Shown here piece by piece: positions 37,691 through 49,248 of a stretch of 64,000 nucleotides of DNA. Under the pieces are notes generated by a model, which was given only the letters and a program-made list of their open reading frames with translations, was not told the DNA's origin and did no database searches. Each line of letters starts with the position of its first letter. Within the stretch, counting starts at the first letter, position 1. The DNA comes from Diadema antillarum (Eukaryota), in the NCBI RefSeq assembly GCF_040938485.1, contig NW_027271899.1, forward strand, positions 620,001-684,000, given 5' to 3'. A program made the translations under genes and the position numbers.

Positions 37691-38735
37691 ACCTGTATTA
37701 TTCATCAGCTGAAATTGCTAATCAAATTCAAGTCTGAAATTTATCCCCTGCTAACCTGAACAAACTTTTGATGTAGTGGTTATTTAAGGGAACAGTGCAA
37801 TTTCAGGGGGTCTCTGAGCACATTGGGGAAGTGTTGACTTTCTTATTGCCACTAAAGTACAGCTATGATGTCACACATTGCCAATTTAAGGAGAATTGAG
37901 CATGCAAAACGGAGAAAATGTAGCATTAATACCCATGCTCATTCTCAAGAATGGTTTGAAGTGAGGAGCAAATCCATGTTCACATTAACTTCAGTAAAAA
38001 AAGTCAAATCTGAAAAACAGAGTGGTGAAGGTTTCAGTAAAATCAGACACTAAATGAGAATTACATTTATAATTTCAAAGTTTCATGCTTTTAGAAAACA
38101 AAAATCTTCATCACTAGACTACCACTCATGCAACTAGATGCAGTGATGGGGACCATATTACTTTGCCACTGTCCTACTGGTTTGCACACAAAATATGTCA
38201 TGAACATCATGTTTTTGGTCAATAATTTAGCAACCACTATCAGCTGTGACATTTGACAAGTAATCACTACTAAGTTATTAACATCACTACCAAGTTATCA
38301 ACAATCACATAATGGACTGCATATCATTTATAATTTTTCACTTCATACTTCAAGCAGGTAAATTTAGTGACGATTACTGTGCAGATGATTGGGATATTAC
38401 AAAGCCATGACATCACTACCTTAGCCAACAAATCCAACCTTTTTTATTCTACGGTTGTTGACAATGAAACTTAATCTTCTTACAGTTAACATAAACATAG
38501 GTAGCCTTGCACTTCAAATAAATCCATATATAAATTCTTAGCATTCTTTTAGATATTCATTCATTCTGAGATCGACAAATTTGGGTTATATCCATAAGTA
38601 CTGGAATATTTTCCACTTAGAGTGTTGATTTTTCCTGTTGGACTGAAAACTTGGTTTAGTTCTTTAAGTACTGGAACATTGTATCAATTAAAATGTATTA
38701 TTTTTAATGTCTTGCATGGATAAGATAGAACTTAC

Positions 38736-38916
38736 TTTGTTGATGAGGCAGTCTTTGCCGTGACAAGATCTGATTTGCCCCCTGCACTGCCCAGGTCGTG
38801 CCGACCCTCGACAGACCCGGTCTGGGTGGCTGTGGCCACATCCCAGAAGGTGATCTGAAAGTCCAGTGTGGCCACTGCCAGCTGCTGACCATCAGGTCTG
38901 AAGGCCACACACAGAG
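38736..38916 (-). CDS. PWP2: PWP2 exon 13 (LCVAFRPDGQQLAVATLDFQITFWD...SVEGRHDLG...TAKTASST)
   Basis: Bounded by caatcag| and |gtaagt, 181 nt. Confidence 0.96.
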
Positions 38917-38996
38917 CTGATTGAGAATAAAAAAAAAAAAAAAGAGGGATGTGGTGGAAATGTCAAAGCAAAAGTAGCTTTTTGGAATTAGAAATA

Positions 38997-39175
38997 CAGT
39001 CAAACCTGTCTGTAGCAGCCACCGAAGGGAGATGAATAAAGTGGCCGTTGTAGACAGGTGGCCGCTATAGACAGGGTTGTCAACATGCTTTTCTCTTTGG
39101 AAGAAATATGTTTAGCGGTTGCATATATGGCAGGTGGCTGCTATAGATGGTGGTCGCTATAGACAGGTTTGACTG
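38997..39175. mobile_element. Tc1/mariner (pogo/Tigger-like) MITE
   Basis: TA|CAGTCAAACCTGTCT...AGACAGGTTTGACTG|TA. Related fragments occur near 6850-7000 and 55730-55790. Confidence 0.85.
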
Positions 39176-39813
39176 TAGTACAAGAGAACATTTTTGCAAA
39201 GTTCTGAACTCACATTTGTGTCACACTAGATGAATTTTACAATTCGATAATTGACATGGAGTACTGTTCATACATGCAGTTCCCCATGTTGATGGAGCAC
39301 AGTCACGTATCCCCGCAATGTGGTACGGAAGCCGGTAGGGGTTCATGTTTCCTTTGTCTCTTTAGTACAGCCTATGTGTTTTTTTTTTATTGGTGCATCA
39401 ATTTTGATTAAGTGTATTTGGTTTTAGAGCGGAAATTGTTTTGGTTATATGCAATTGAAGAGAAATCAAATAGAAATAGAGTGTATGTATATATAGCAGT
39501 TGCGCTATAGAAGTGATGATGTAATGCACCATGAAACAATGCAATTGTTTGTAAGAGCATGATGCAAATGTAATCTAATTACATCTGTATGTAAACACAT
39601 TTTACCCGCCCGTAGTAGACAGTGCTTTAATTACTGAATCAATCTTAATCACTTGCAGTAAAACGTTGCTTTTATCTATACATGCACTGCACATTTTTCT
39701 ACTGAACTTCTATCGAGGTAAAGTATGCAAATTTGATTAGGTAAAGCAGAAAGTTAAAGCAAATTGCAACAATATGTTGATGACAAGGCATTAGTCATGG
39801 ATTTATTCCTCAC

Positions 39814-39964
39814 CATCCGATGTGAGTCGCAGCGTCTCTCTCGCCCCCTTGCCCTCAAAGACCTCCCACAGGCGGACCGTCTTGTCCCATGATGCACTGG
39901 CCAGCTGGGAGCCGCTGGGAGAGAAGCTGAGGTCGGAGACTGGCCCTTCGTGACCAGCCAGGAT
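39814..39964 (-). CDS. PWP2: PWP2 exon 12 (ILAGHEGPVSDLSFSPSGSQLASASWDKTVRLWEVFEGKGARETLRLTSD)
   Basis: Bounded by gtctag| and |gtgagg, 151 nt, canonical WD40 repeat. Confidence 0.97.
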
Positions 39965-40309
39965 CTAGACAGAAGAGAGGATTTGCAAAAGTGGGGGTGG
40001 ATTAATTCATAGTTTGTAAAGAGACCTAAGTCTCCCTTTCCTCCACCCCCTCTTAGCTGTGTTCTATAGAGTACCAAAGTGATGATGTCACGGTCTTTTG
40101 TTATAGCTTGGGTTGGAGCAAGGTGCACGCATGTACACACGGGCCAGGAGAGGTTGTTTAGAACAAGTTTCCATGGCGATGAATGGCGAAGACATCACAC
40201 TTTGGTATTCTATTGCTATTTTGATAACAATTATGGCCAGTTTTCTCAAATGCTGATGTGTCCCAACCCCCTCCAGTCAGACTACAGATTTCTTGTTTCA
40301 GAATATACC

Positions 40310-40486
40310 AGAGGTCAGTTTCATGAAAGTCTTATGAGAGACTTTTCGCTCATAAAACACTTATGAGAGACTTCATGAAATGGATTTGAAAGTCTCTCAT
40401 AGCTACATGTGTAAATATCAGTGACTCTGGCCATTTTGAGATTTATGTAAAGACTTTTATGTGATGACTTCATGAAACGAACCCCA
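40310..40486. mobile_element. Degenerate MITE, possibly Harbinger-like
   Basis: Inverted ends GGTCAGTTTCATGAAAGTC / GACTTCATGAAACGAACC and internal TTATGAGAGAC repeats. Confidence 0.5.
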
Positions 40487-40790
40487 CGTGTGGAAACAAA
40501 ATTATGATATATGCAATGTTTAAAACCACTGTGTGTGTCTAGTGTAAAATCAAATGCTCATTGTATAACGGATACGCATCACATACTGAAACAGTGGTTT
40601 AAGCATTGATTTGAATGGTAGACATTGATAAATCACATCATACCATACACATAAAAGCATGTTTCCACCCAGTGCTGGATATCTTCTATAGAAGCACTGA
40701 GTCACAAATAACTAACAGTGAAAGACACATTATTTCTACAGGTGGAAAAAATTGTGCAAAAGCTTTTGTATAACACCTCTGGACACGCAC

Positions 40791-40938
40791 CTCAAGCAAT
40801 CTGCCTGTCTTCATGGACCACATGAATATCTCAAAGACATCTTGCCCCGCGGCACACACGATGTCGCCGCTTGAATCCACTGCCACACAAGAGAACTGGA
40901 CTGGCTGGGGGGAGGTGAAGGTCCGAAAGTTGCGGTAT
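40791..40938 (-). CDS. PWP2: PWP2 exon 11 (YRNFRTFTSPQPVQFSCVAVDSSGDIVCAAGQDVFEIFMWSMKTGRLLE)
   Basis: Bounded by tgccag| and |gtgcgt, 148 nt, YRNFRTFTSP signature. Confidence 0.97.
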
Positions 40939-41509
40939 CTGGCAGAGAAACAAGTTGAAAGGAGAATGTCATGAATATGTATATATGTAAATTAATGTAT
41001 GCATGATTCATTTAAAGAAACCTACTTGGTGAGAAGCTTCTAGAGAAGAAGAGATTGCACAAATGGCACTCGAGGGAATAAAGTTGCATTTTGTCGTTTC
41101 CTCCTAGATGATTGGTGGTGTTGTGACTTTACTATCGTTGAATGTCAAGAGAAAAAAAGCCTGTGCTGTTGATTGTGTTAATCTCATCTTCAAGGTTGTA
41201 ATGAGAGTGAAAAGAATATCAATGAGAGAGGAGTGCTATAGCTGCAGCCTGCATTGCAGTTGATCCATTTCTGACTTTCATAGTATGGCCTTGTTGACTT
41301 TTCAAACAGCATACTGTATAATTCATACATTTTTCAGGATTTTTATTTTTTTGTGTATTTTATGAGTTGGGAGCTATTTGCAATTTCAAATGCTGAAAAG
41401 TGAGTGACAGACACATGGGAACCACCCTGTTCTTGTTCCAAAAAGGAAACAATTAATACTTTGTGGAAATAATATCACTATAGAATATGGAGTACACTCA
41501 TCTACGAAT

Positions 41510-43892
41510 GGTGTCAATGCAATGAATACATCTAACAATTCATCTAATATTTCTGAAATTCGGTGGGGCAATGCCTCCAGCAACACTCCCGCTGGCATGG
41601 CGGAAATTTTCAATGACTTTTTCTCTTCAATTGGGAAAAATTTTTCTCAAAATATTCCTCTTTCTAGTAAATCTTTTAATGATTTTTTAGATACACCTAA
41701 CTCCAAAACTATATTTTTGACCCAACATATAAAGAAGAAATAATAAAGATTGTTGCTAATTTGAAAGAAGGAAAAAGTCCTGGCCATGACGGAATTGACA
41801 ACTATTTGATAAAAAACATAATTCCTCAAATAGTGGATCCCTTAGTACACATTATCAATTCATCGCTTACAACTGGCCATGTGCCAAATAGCATGAAAAT
41901 TGCGAAAGTAATTCCTATTTACAAGAAAGGGGAGAAGGATGATGTCAATAACTATAGACCCATATCTCTATTATCTTCTATTTCTAAGATTCTTGAAAGA
42001 ATAGTTTATATCAGGACAGTACGTTTTCTTAAAACCTGCGACATATTCTCAAACTTTCAATTTGGATTCAGGGAAAATCACAGCACAACACACGCACTAC
42101 TTGCCCTCATCGACAAAGTCACACACGCACTCGACACACTTTCACACACAATAGGTATCTTCTTGGACTTCTCCAAGGCCTTTGACACGATTAACCACGG
42201 AATACTTCTCGCCAAACTGTCTCATTATGGAATACGTGGAAAGGCCTTGGAGTGGTTCACGAGTTACCTATCAGAAAGATCCCAATTTGTACATGTCAAC
42301 GGCTTTGACTCTCAAAGTAAAACAATTGCATCTGGTGTTCCACAAGGGAGTTTATTAGGCCCATTGTTATTCATTATTTATATTAATGATTTTCATAGAT
42401 CCTCGGAGAAACTATCATTCATATTATTCGCGGATGACTCTAACCTTTTTTTTTCTCACCCTGACCCAAACATTTTAATAAGAACAGTCAATGAAGAACT
42501 GAAAAAGGTTATACAATGGATATACGCAAATAAATTGTCATTAAATATTAAAAAAACAAAAGTTATGCTTTTTAGTAATTCTTTAAATAGCCTCCCAGGC
42601 AATATAACATTTGATATTACTCCTTTAGAAGAAGTTTCTTCCTTTAAATTTCTTGGTGTTTGTGTCGATAACAAGCTTTCATGGAGGAATCATATTGATA
42701 ACATATGTAAAATTATATCACGTAACATTGGTGTAATGAATAGATTAAAATATTATCTTCCTTCATCTGCATTATTAACTCTTTATTCTAGTTTGATACT
42801 ACCTTATTTAAACTACGGGATTCTTGCTTGGGGTAATACATGTCAGATGTTACTTGATAAACTTCTTTTACTGCAAAAGAAAGCGCTTAGAATTGTTTTT
42901 CATTTACATACCCGAGAACATACAGATGCTTTGTTTTCTGACCATAAAATATTAAAAGTAAATGATTTGTATGTGTTTCAACTTGGCCAGTTTATGTTTA
43001 ATTACAACAGTAACTTTTTACCTAAAATATTCCATGATTCATTTCATCGAAATAGTCATGTTCATAACTATCCCACGCGAAGATCCGACGAATTTCATCT
43101 TCCATTAATGAGAACCGCACATGCCCAAAATACATTTCTTTATACCGGACCCAGACTTTGGAATAATTTAGATAATAGTTTAAAAGATTCCCCCAAATTT
43201 GTTACATTTAAATACAAACTCAGAAAATATTTACTTTCTACTTATAATCTTAGATAATTTAAATTGTTTTGATTTATGCTTGAGCCTTCACTTGTCCTGA
43301 TGTCGCAGCACTTGGCGTGTTCTGTGTGCAGACTTCTCTTCTTTCTTCTCTCCTCTTTCTTTCCTGTCTCTTGTTCTTCGTAGACTTGTATTGTTACCGT
43401 CTTCTCTCCTCTCGGTACTGTCTCGCGTCTTACAGTGTATACGTGTGGGTAATTGAATGTGTGTACGAACGTGTTGTCCTTGTCATATTTTCCCGGTACA
43501 CGTGGTTCAGTGAGCAGTGTCCGGGCACTAGCATTGGTATTCTATATTTTTTCCCAACCGGTGTATCTCAAAATAATTACATGTATATTGTTATAGAATA
43601 GAATATAATTTACTCATTATTTGTCTAGCGATCCACGTCCGACAAGCTATGCTTTTTAGTGGATCACTATTTTCCATAATCGAATTTATTTTCCGCTCGC
43701 CCACGAAGTATTTATACAGTGTTTTCCTAAATATTGTACATGTTATATGTTGTTCTATAATATGTCTCGTATATATATTACATGAATCTTATGCAAACGT
43801 TTGAACAATATTTCATCACATGTATACTTTGTACTATGTTTTTTGATTTTCGATGATTGGAAATAAACTATGATTGATTGATTGATTGATTG
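41510..43892 (+). mobile_element. 5'-truncated non-LTR retrotransposon of the L2/Crack/Daphne (CR1 superfamily) type, antisense in PWP2 intron 10
   Basis: RT ORF, a ~600-bp 3' UTR with an ACAAGC..GCTTTT stem, AATAAA and a (TGAT)n tail at 43871-43892. The 5' boundary is approximate. Confidence 0.9.
41761..43257 (+). CDS. LINE ORF2 reverse transcriptase (498 aa open). One frameshift near 41720 separates it from the upstream IFNDFFSSIG segment
   Basis: Motifs NYRPISLL, QFGFR, LDFSKAFDTINH, GVPQGSLLGPLLF, FADD and FKFLGV. The endonuclease domain is missing. Confidence 0.93.
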   Translation: MKEGKSPGHDGIDNYLIKNIIPQIVDPLVHIINSSLTTGHVPNSMKIAKVIPIYKKGEKDDVNNYRPISLLSSISKILERIVYIRTVRFLKTCDIFSNFQFGFRENHSTTHALLALIDKVTHALDTLSHTIGIFLDFSKAFDTINHGILLAKLSHYGIRGKALEWFTSYLSERSQFVHVNGFDSQSKTIASGVPQGSLLGPLLFIIYINDFHRSSEKLSFILFADDSNLFFSHPDPNILIRTVNEELKKVIQWIYANKLSLNIKKTKVMLFSNSLNSLPGNITFDITPLEEVSSFKFLGVCVDNKLSWRNHIDNICKIISRNIGVMNRLKYYLPSSALLTLYSSLILPYLNYGILAWGNTCQMLLDKLLLLQKKALRIVFHLHTREHTDALFSDHKILKVNDLYVFQLGQFMFNYNSNFLPKIFHDSFHRNSHVHNYPTRRSDEFHLPLMRTAHAQNTFLYTGPRLWNNLDNSLKDSPKFVTFKYKLRKYLLSTYNLR

Positions 43893-43910
43893 AAAAAAGT
43901 TTCCCCATAC

Positions 43911-44059
43911 CTGTGAAGGTCAAATGCCCGGACTGTCCCATCCAGCGATGAGGACACGACCACTTTCCCCGCCTGGTTGAAGGTCACGCCTGTCACCCCG
44001 GACGTGTGTTCGCTGAAGGTCACAAAGCAGAAGCCACTGGATGTGTTCCATAGTTTGAC
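43911..44059 (-). CDS. PWP2: PWP2 exon 10 (VKLWNTSSGFCFVTFSEHTSGVTGVTF...DGTVRAFDLH)
   Basis: Bounded by tcaaag| and |gtatgg, 149 nt. Confidence 0.97.
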
Positions 44060-44114
44060 CTTTGACACAACAAAAACAAATCAATGTGCAACTTCATGAA
44101 ATATTTCCTCTTAA

Positions 44115-44490
44115 CCCGTTGAGGATGAGTCCCAAGTTTACTCGGGCAAGTGTCTATGGGAAATGCATGTTGTAGCAAAATCAGCCGGTCCTCAATGGCC
44201 CGAATTCACGAAGGTGGTACAATTGAAACCATGGTTGAAACCATGGACAATTTGTATGGAGTGCCAAATGTCGCATGGCCTATTTCGATACGAAGTCAGT
44301 CATTTCGTCAACGAAATGAACATTTCGTCAACAAAATGAACATTTCGTCAACAAAATGGTCATTTTACTGACGAAATGACAGATTTTGTAACGAAATAGG
44401 CCATGCGACACTTGGCGCTCCATACAAATTGTCCATGGTTTAAACCATGGTTTCAATTGTACCACCTTCGTGAATTTGGGCCACTGGGTT
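44115..44490. mobile_element. piggyBac-like mini-MITE (same family as 21418, opposite orientation) interrupted in its right TIR
   Basis: Starts TTAA|CCCGTTGAGGA and shares its interior with the 21418 copy. The right TIR GTCCTCA..GGGTT is split by a foldback element. Confidence 0.7.
44196..44483. mobile_element. Foldback/palindromic MITE with ~120-bp arms
   Basis: The arm TGGCCCGAATTCACGAAGGTGGTACAATTGAAACCATGG... is mirrored at the right end. Central CATTTCGTCAAC repeats. Confidence 0.82.
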
Positions 44491-44963
44491 CAGGGAGTTT
44501 TGACTTAAAGAGAGCGTTTTGAATAACTCATGTGACTTTACATAGCATGAGATTTTAATCGCTGAATTAATAAGGTGAAATTCTGTTGGTTGGACTATTG
44601 CAAAGCTATCATAACTATACATATCAATAATCAAAATCACTACTACTTTACAGTAGTTTTCCTTTGCAGCACACATAGACATCCGGTTCTCTTCTACTAT
44701 TCATGGCACAAGTCTGCACAACACTGTTGGTTATGGTATGCCTAAGGTATTGTGAAATATTACTCCGATCCTCTTTTCTCTTTTACAAAATCTGTCTCTA
44801 TCTTTTCTTTCTCTCTCCTCTCTTCCACTTGATCTCTTTCTCTCTTCTTCCAGTCTCTTCCTTATTTCTCTCTCTTCTTCACTCTTTCTTTCCCTCTCTA
44901 AACTCATTTCCTCTCACTTTCCTCCTCCTCCTCCTCCACCACCTCTCCCTCCTCCTCCTGTAC

Positions 44964-45171
44964 CTTCCCGTCGTCACCCCCGGTGACGATGAGCATGCCG
45001 TCCCGCGAGTAGTCCAGGCAGGTCATGTTGTTGAAGTGTCCCTGCTGCTTCAGCACGTAGCTCTCACTCTGCCACTCCCACACCAACAGCTGACCGATGC
45101 CCGTACAGCCAAAGGCGATCCAGTCCCCCGGTGAGTTGAAGACTACCGACGCCACCTTTTGGCTGGAAATG
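44964..45171 (-). CDS. PWP2: PWP2 exon 9 (ISSQKVASVVFNSPGDWIAFGCTGIGQLLVWEWQSESYVLKQQGHFNNM...GGDDGK)
   Basis: Bounded by ccacag| and |gtacag, 208 nt, carries the signature GQLLVWEWQSESYVLKQQGH. Confidence 0.98.
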
Positions 45172-45915
45172 CTGTGGTATGGTAGAGGTTACAAAAAAAT
45201 TTATATAATTTCATATCAAAACAAAATGTAGCATATCACACTTGATAGAACATTTCTGTAATGCATTCAAATTCATGTGTTTCTTTTCCTACAGTCTCGT
45301 AGCGAACCTGTTATTTCATCACATGTTCCCTCAAATGAAAGTTTCTCTGCAGGAATTCAATTGAATAGCATTCAGCAGTTGTTGCTAGGTGGGGCAAGTC
45401 TCCAGCAAGATTGTGGTTGTTAAGGCAATCTTTTGCGAACAAAAGCATGCATGGAATTTGAATGCAGTACAGAACAGTTTGTGGGAAGCTGTGGAATGCT
45501 GACTTACTTTGTGCTACCAACTGAATTTCAACACAGTTTCAGTAATTCAATTACACATGGGAAGTGCAGTGGTATAAAGGCCTAACTTGGGTTGGAAAGT
45601 AATGTATTCAAGGTTAGTGAACTGATTGTTGAAAATGATTTGTTTTTGTAGTTGTTTGTTAATGGTTTGTTGTTGCATCCACAAACCAAAATACACTCTA
45701 GATTAACTCATTAGTTTCTAATAGCTCAGCAATTAGTTGCTTATGTTTACACCTATTCATTTCAGTAAAGATGTCACATTTGTGAACTGCTTGTTCCCAC
45801 TTAATCAGCTGAGAAAGGTGCCCTGGTAAGGATGTACGATAGAGCAGAGCACTATTGACAGTCAATCCTACTTTTGCGGTGGCTTACGACAGAGACAAAA
45901 CTCTGTGCGGCTTAC

Positions 45916-46059
45916 CTGAGTGTGTGGATGAGGTTGAAGTCTGGCATCTCGTGGATGTGGAAGAGACCTGACGCAAACCCAACGACAAGTATGTGGTTCT
46001 TCTTGTGGTAGTCGGCGCACGTCAGGTTGTTGAAGTGGCCCTCCTTGTTGAAGAAATGC
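45916..46059 (-). CDS. PWP2: PWP2 exon 8 (HFFNKEGHFNNLTCADYHKKNHILVVGFASGLFHIHEMPDFNLIHTL)
   Basis: Bounded by tcgcag| and |gtaagc, 144 nt, highly conserved PWP2 segment. Confidence 0.97.
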
Positions 46060-46317
46060 CTGCGATACGTAGACAAGACTACGATTACAGACGACAAACA
46101 CAGCATTGTCATCCATAATTGGCTTCCCTCCAAAGCACCCACCCAATCAAACAAGACTCAAGTGTCAGGAATAATTCCTTGAGAAACTTTATCAGGTTTC
46201 ACAAAATTGTCTCAACAGATGGCTACTGGTACCAAACATGAACAGACAACACAGTTAATATCAAACCTGGTGAAGTAAGTATTATCAAACTTTTCAAAGA
46301 CAAAACAAACATATATA

Positions 46318-46487
46318 CAGTGCACTCCCGTTATAACGAGCACAGTTCTAATGAAATTCCTGTTATAACAAAGTACAAATCTGGGCCGTAACGTTATCCA
46401 CTATATGTATTTTTATTGTTTATTTGTTCAGTTATAACGAAAGAAAGCTGCCGGTCCCAAGGACTTTGTTATAATGGGAGTCCACTG
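46318..46487. mobile_element. Tc1/mariner-like MITE
   Basis: TIR CAGTG(C/G)ACTCCC(G/A)TTATAAC, flanks TA / CA. Confidence 0.72.
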
Positions 46488-46517
46488 CAGAATCATTACA
46501 AAAAACTTTTCTCTTAC

Positions 46518-46750
46518 TTTGCAACTCTTGTGTATGTCATCTTATTCTTCCTTCCTCCTTTCTCCTCCTCCTTCTTCTCTGGTCCTTCATTTTCATCTTC
46601 TTCCTCCTCATCTTCTCCATCTTTCCTCTCCACTCTCATTCTCTTTCTCGGATGATGGGGGCGATATTTCTCCTGCGCTGGCCGCAGGTCTTCGAGGTCG
46701 ATATCGCTCTCCCAAACATTCAGCCTGCCCTTCCGACACATCGTGAAGAG
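46518..46750 (-). CDS. PWP2: PWP2 exon 7 (LFTMCRKGRLNVWESD, acidic linker, KMTYTRVAK)
   Basis: Bounded by catcag| and |gtaaga, 233 nt. Contains the Glu/Lys-rich linker also present in vertebrate PWP2. Confidence 0.9.
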
Positions 46751-47432
46751 CTGATGTTCAGCAAGTTAAGGAGAAGTCATGGCATTTATTCTTATAAGAG
46801 ACTACTGTCTCGTAAATTGCACTGCTCTTGCATATGATCATTGTGCCTTTAGATCAAATTTTAGTTTATGCATGCAGAGTGACACAAATACAGTTTCTCA
46901 GTGTAGTCTCATTTAGAAGTAAGAGAATAAGATGTAACACAAGGATCTTTCTTTGAGGGAAACAGAGATCGATCATAAGCTGGCCATGACATCAACACCT
47001 TTACACATAATACTGGAGTTCCTCCTGTAAAGGTTACAAACAGTAATTTTGAAAACTTGTGTGGACTGATTTTTTTCTTTTATGTCATGCATTTCTAATT
47101 TTTTGCTTAACATTCCTGCACAGAGTGACAAGAAAGGCAGTGTTTGTTTTGAATCACAGTCGTTTGTCTGATAAAAATACTGAGATTTGTTTAACCACAG
47201 AAACCATGATGCTTCAATCACACAATTACTGCCTTTTAAACTCTTAAATTGTGTGTATCTGATGGTAGTCCATGCTCTACCCAGTATGCAGACAGTGTGG
47301 TATGATAACTGTTGGACACCATATTATCGAAGACAACGACCAAAAAGCTGTTCAAGAGTTCACATTCTTGGCTCAGAGTACATTGCACGCCAAAAGAAGA
47401 CAGCTCAAGCCTGTATAAAAAAAAAATGTGTA

Positions 47433-47641
47433 CTGTAAAAGTGGAAATTTTAACGGTGTTGAAATTTTCATGCATTTTGCGCAACCAGAAACTAGCACGA
47501 AAATAAAAGCATGCGAATATTTTTGCTTGCCATATGTTCCAGTAGTATTTTTCTTGATTCCGCAGGATCAAAAACATGTGAAACTCTTCTTACCCCGCCG
47601 AGCATGAAAAATTAGTAGCTGGAAAATATCCACTTTTACAG
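47433..47641. mobile_element. Tc1/mariner-like MITE
   Basis: TA|CTGTAAAAGTGGA(A/T)ATTTT TIR, ending |TA. Confidence 0.8.
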
Positions 47642-47717
47642 TATGCTCTGGGGAGGACAAATGCTGCAGTCTCCCATATGACAATTTTTGAATGTGGTCA
47701 TTGGCTTGAAAGGATAC

Positions 47718-47853
47718 ATCCAGTGAGTTTTCCTCAAAGAAACACGCAACAATCTTGTCCTGATGGCCACCCAGGCCGTAGATGACTAGCTGGTCTTTGT
47801 CCGTCACAGCATAAACGCGTGTACTCATATCCTTTGATCCCACGGCAAGGACT
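47718..47853 (-). CDS. PWP2: PWP2 exon 6 (VLAVGSKDMSTRVYAVTDKDQLVIYGLGGHQDKIVACFFEENSLD)
   Basis: Bounded by acttcag| and |gtatcc, 136 nt, GSKDMST and LGGH..IVACFF motifs. Confidence 0.95.
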
Positions 47854-48794
47854 CTGAAGTAGGATGGGTACAAAAGAAGCATAAGCATGCAAAAATCATG
47901 CCAGTCTTTGCTCCTAGGTCAACAATCTCTCATGCACATTTTTTTGTTTGTTTGTTTCTTTTTGAGCATTTCAGTACTACTCCCTACAGGTATCTCTCAC
48001 ATAAGATGTACATCACCTAGCTCTCATATCACATCACATCCTGTCATAGACTGACAAAATCTAATGAAACAAACTACACTAAAGACGGACTTGCGGTTTG
48101 AAGAGAGAGCACTTAAAAACACTGGAAAGAAAAGAAGTTCAAGCAAAATTGGTCATAGAGTGAGAACACTAAGACCTGTCAACTGCCATTTAATTGTCAT
48201 GTGACTTGTATCATTCTTTCTCAACAGAAAATGCCCCCCCCCCCCCATGCCTCCTTATAGAGACACATAAACATTCAAACAACATTTTCATTACACACCT
48301 TCCAGGAGAGAAATCAATATAAAAATGCACAGTCATGAGAATTACAGCTCTGGTCACTCTTAGCCTAAAGTGGACTTCAAGCAAGAGGGCTATTATTCAG
48401 GAAACCCATCTATTTGCTGTAATTGAAATGGCTTATTAGCATGAAATATCAGACGATGACACTCATATTCATTACGGTCATACTTTTCTTGAATACATTT
48501 TGGTCTGATTATACACAGATCTTTTACTCATTTCCTGCTCTAATTCATCAATTTTGTTCCACACAGTCTCAACTACTTCCATGTTGTTCTACTTCCAAAT
48601 CAGGTGACTATCTTTACAGTAGATTCACTGTCCATAAAATTCTTCAATCAGATGATAAAACTATTCGTGACATCAACACTTTATCCTGCTTTGAGGAATT
48701 CATACTCATCTAAATCTTAGTGTCAGCTTGACAATATGTTAGCACGTCATTCAACTAAATCAAATTCTATTAGAAAAACAAAACAAAACCCTAC

Positions 48795-48941
48795 TCTGAA
48801 TCTGATGTCCAGTCAATACAGGTGGTCTTGTCATATGCTCCTTTAAGTGTCCGGTTGAGCCTCAGGGGGTTAAACTCTCTGCTGCCACTAGATGGCGCAT
48901 CGTAGACAAGGATCACATCCTTCTTGGTGGCGGCAATTCTC
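48795..48941 (-). CDS. PWP2: PWP2 exon 5 (RIAATKKDVILVYDAPSSGSREFNPLRLNRTLKGAYDKTTCIDWTSDS)
   Basis: Bounded by acgcag| and |gtaggg, 147 nt, REFN and TTCIDWT motifs. Confidence 0.95.
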
Positions 48942-49011
48942 CTGCGTACACAAGACAAGATCATGCTTATTGTTGAAAGTTCAAGGTTAAGTGAGAAATG
49001 CATACATACAC

Positions 49012-49248
49012 CAGGGTTTGACACTAACCACTAATGTTTTTTCTGTGGTGGCCTGTTTGGGCCACTAAAATGCTTTCAATTTGAAATTTTGGTGGCCCAA
49101 GTTTAAAGGAATTAATATAACAATCTATTCTGAATCTTAATGGTTGCCCAATTAGGCCACCAAAAGATGACCTTTTTGGAAATTTGGTGGCCCGACATCA
49201 CTTTTTAGTGGCCCCTGGCCAACAGACCACCACAAATGTGGAACCCTG
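49012..49248. mobile_element. Short MITE related to the 19488 element
   Basis: Ends CAGGGTTTGACAC / GTGGAACCCTG, the same GGTGGCC/GGCCACC motifs, and 7-bp flanks CATACAC / CATATAC. Confidence 0.75.

Noticed and set aside
39300-39660. Possible LINE 3' UTR remnant
   Set aside because: No coding remnant or tail could be tied to a family.
44964-45171. Possible intron loss or gain relative to human PWP2 (exons 9 and 17 may each equal two human exons)
   Set aside because: I cannot verify the human exon boundaries without a database.
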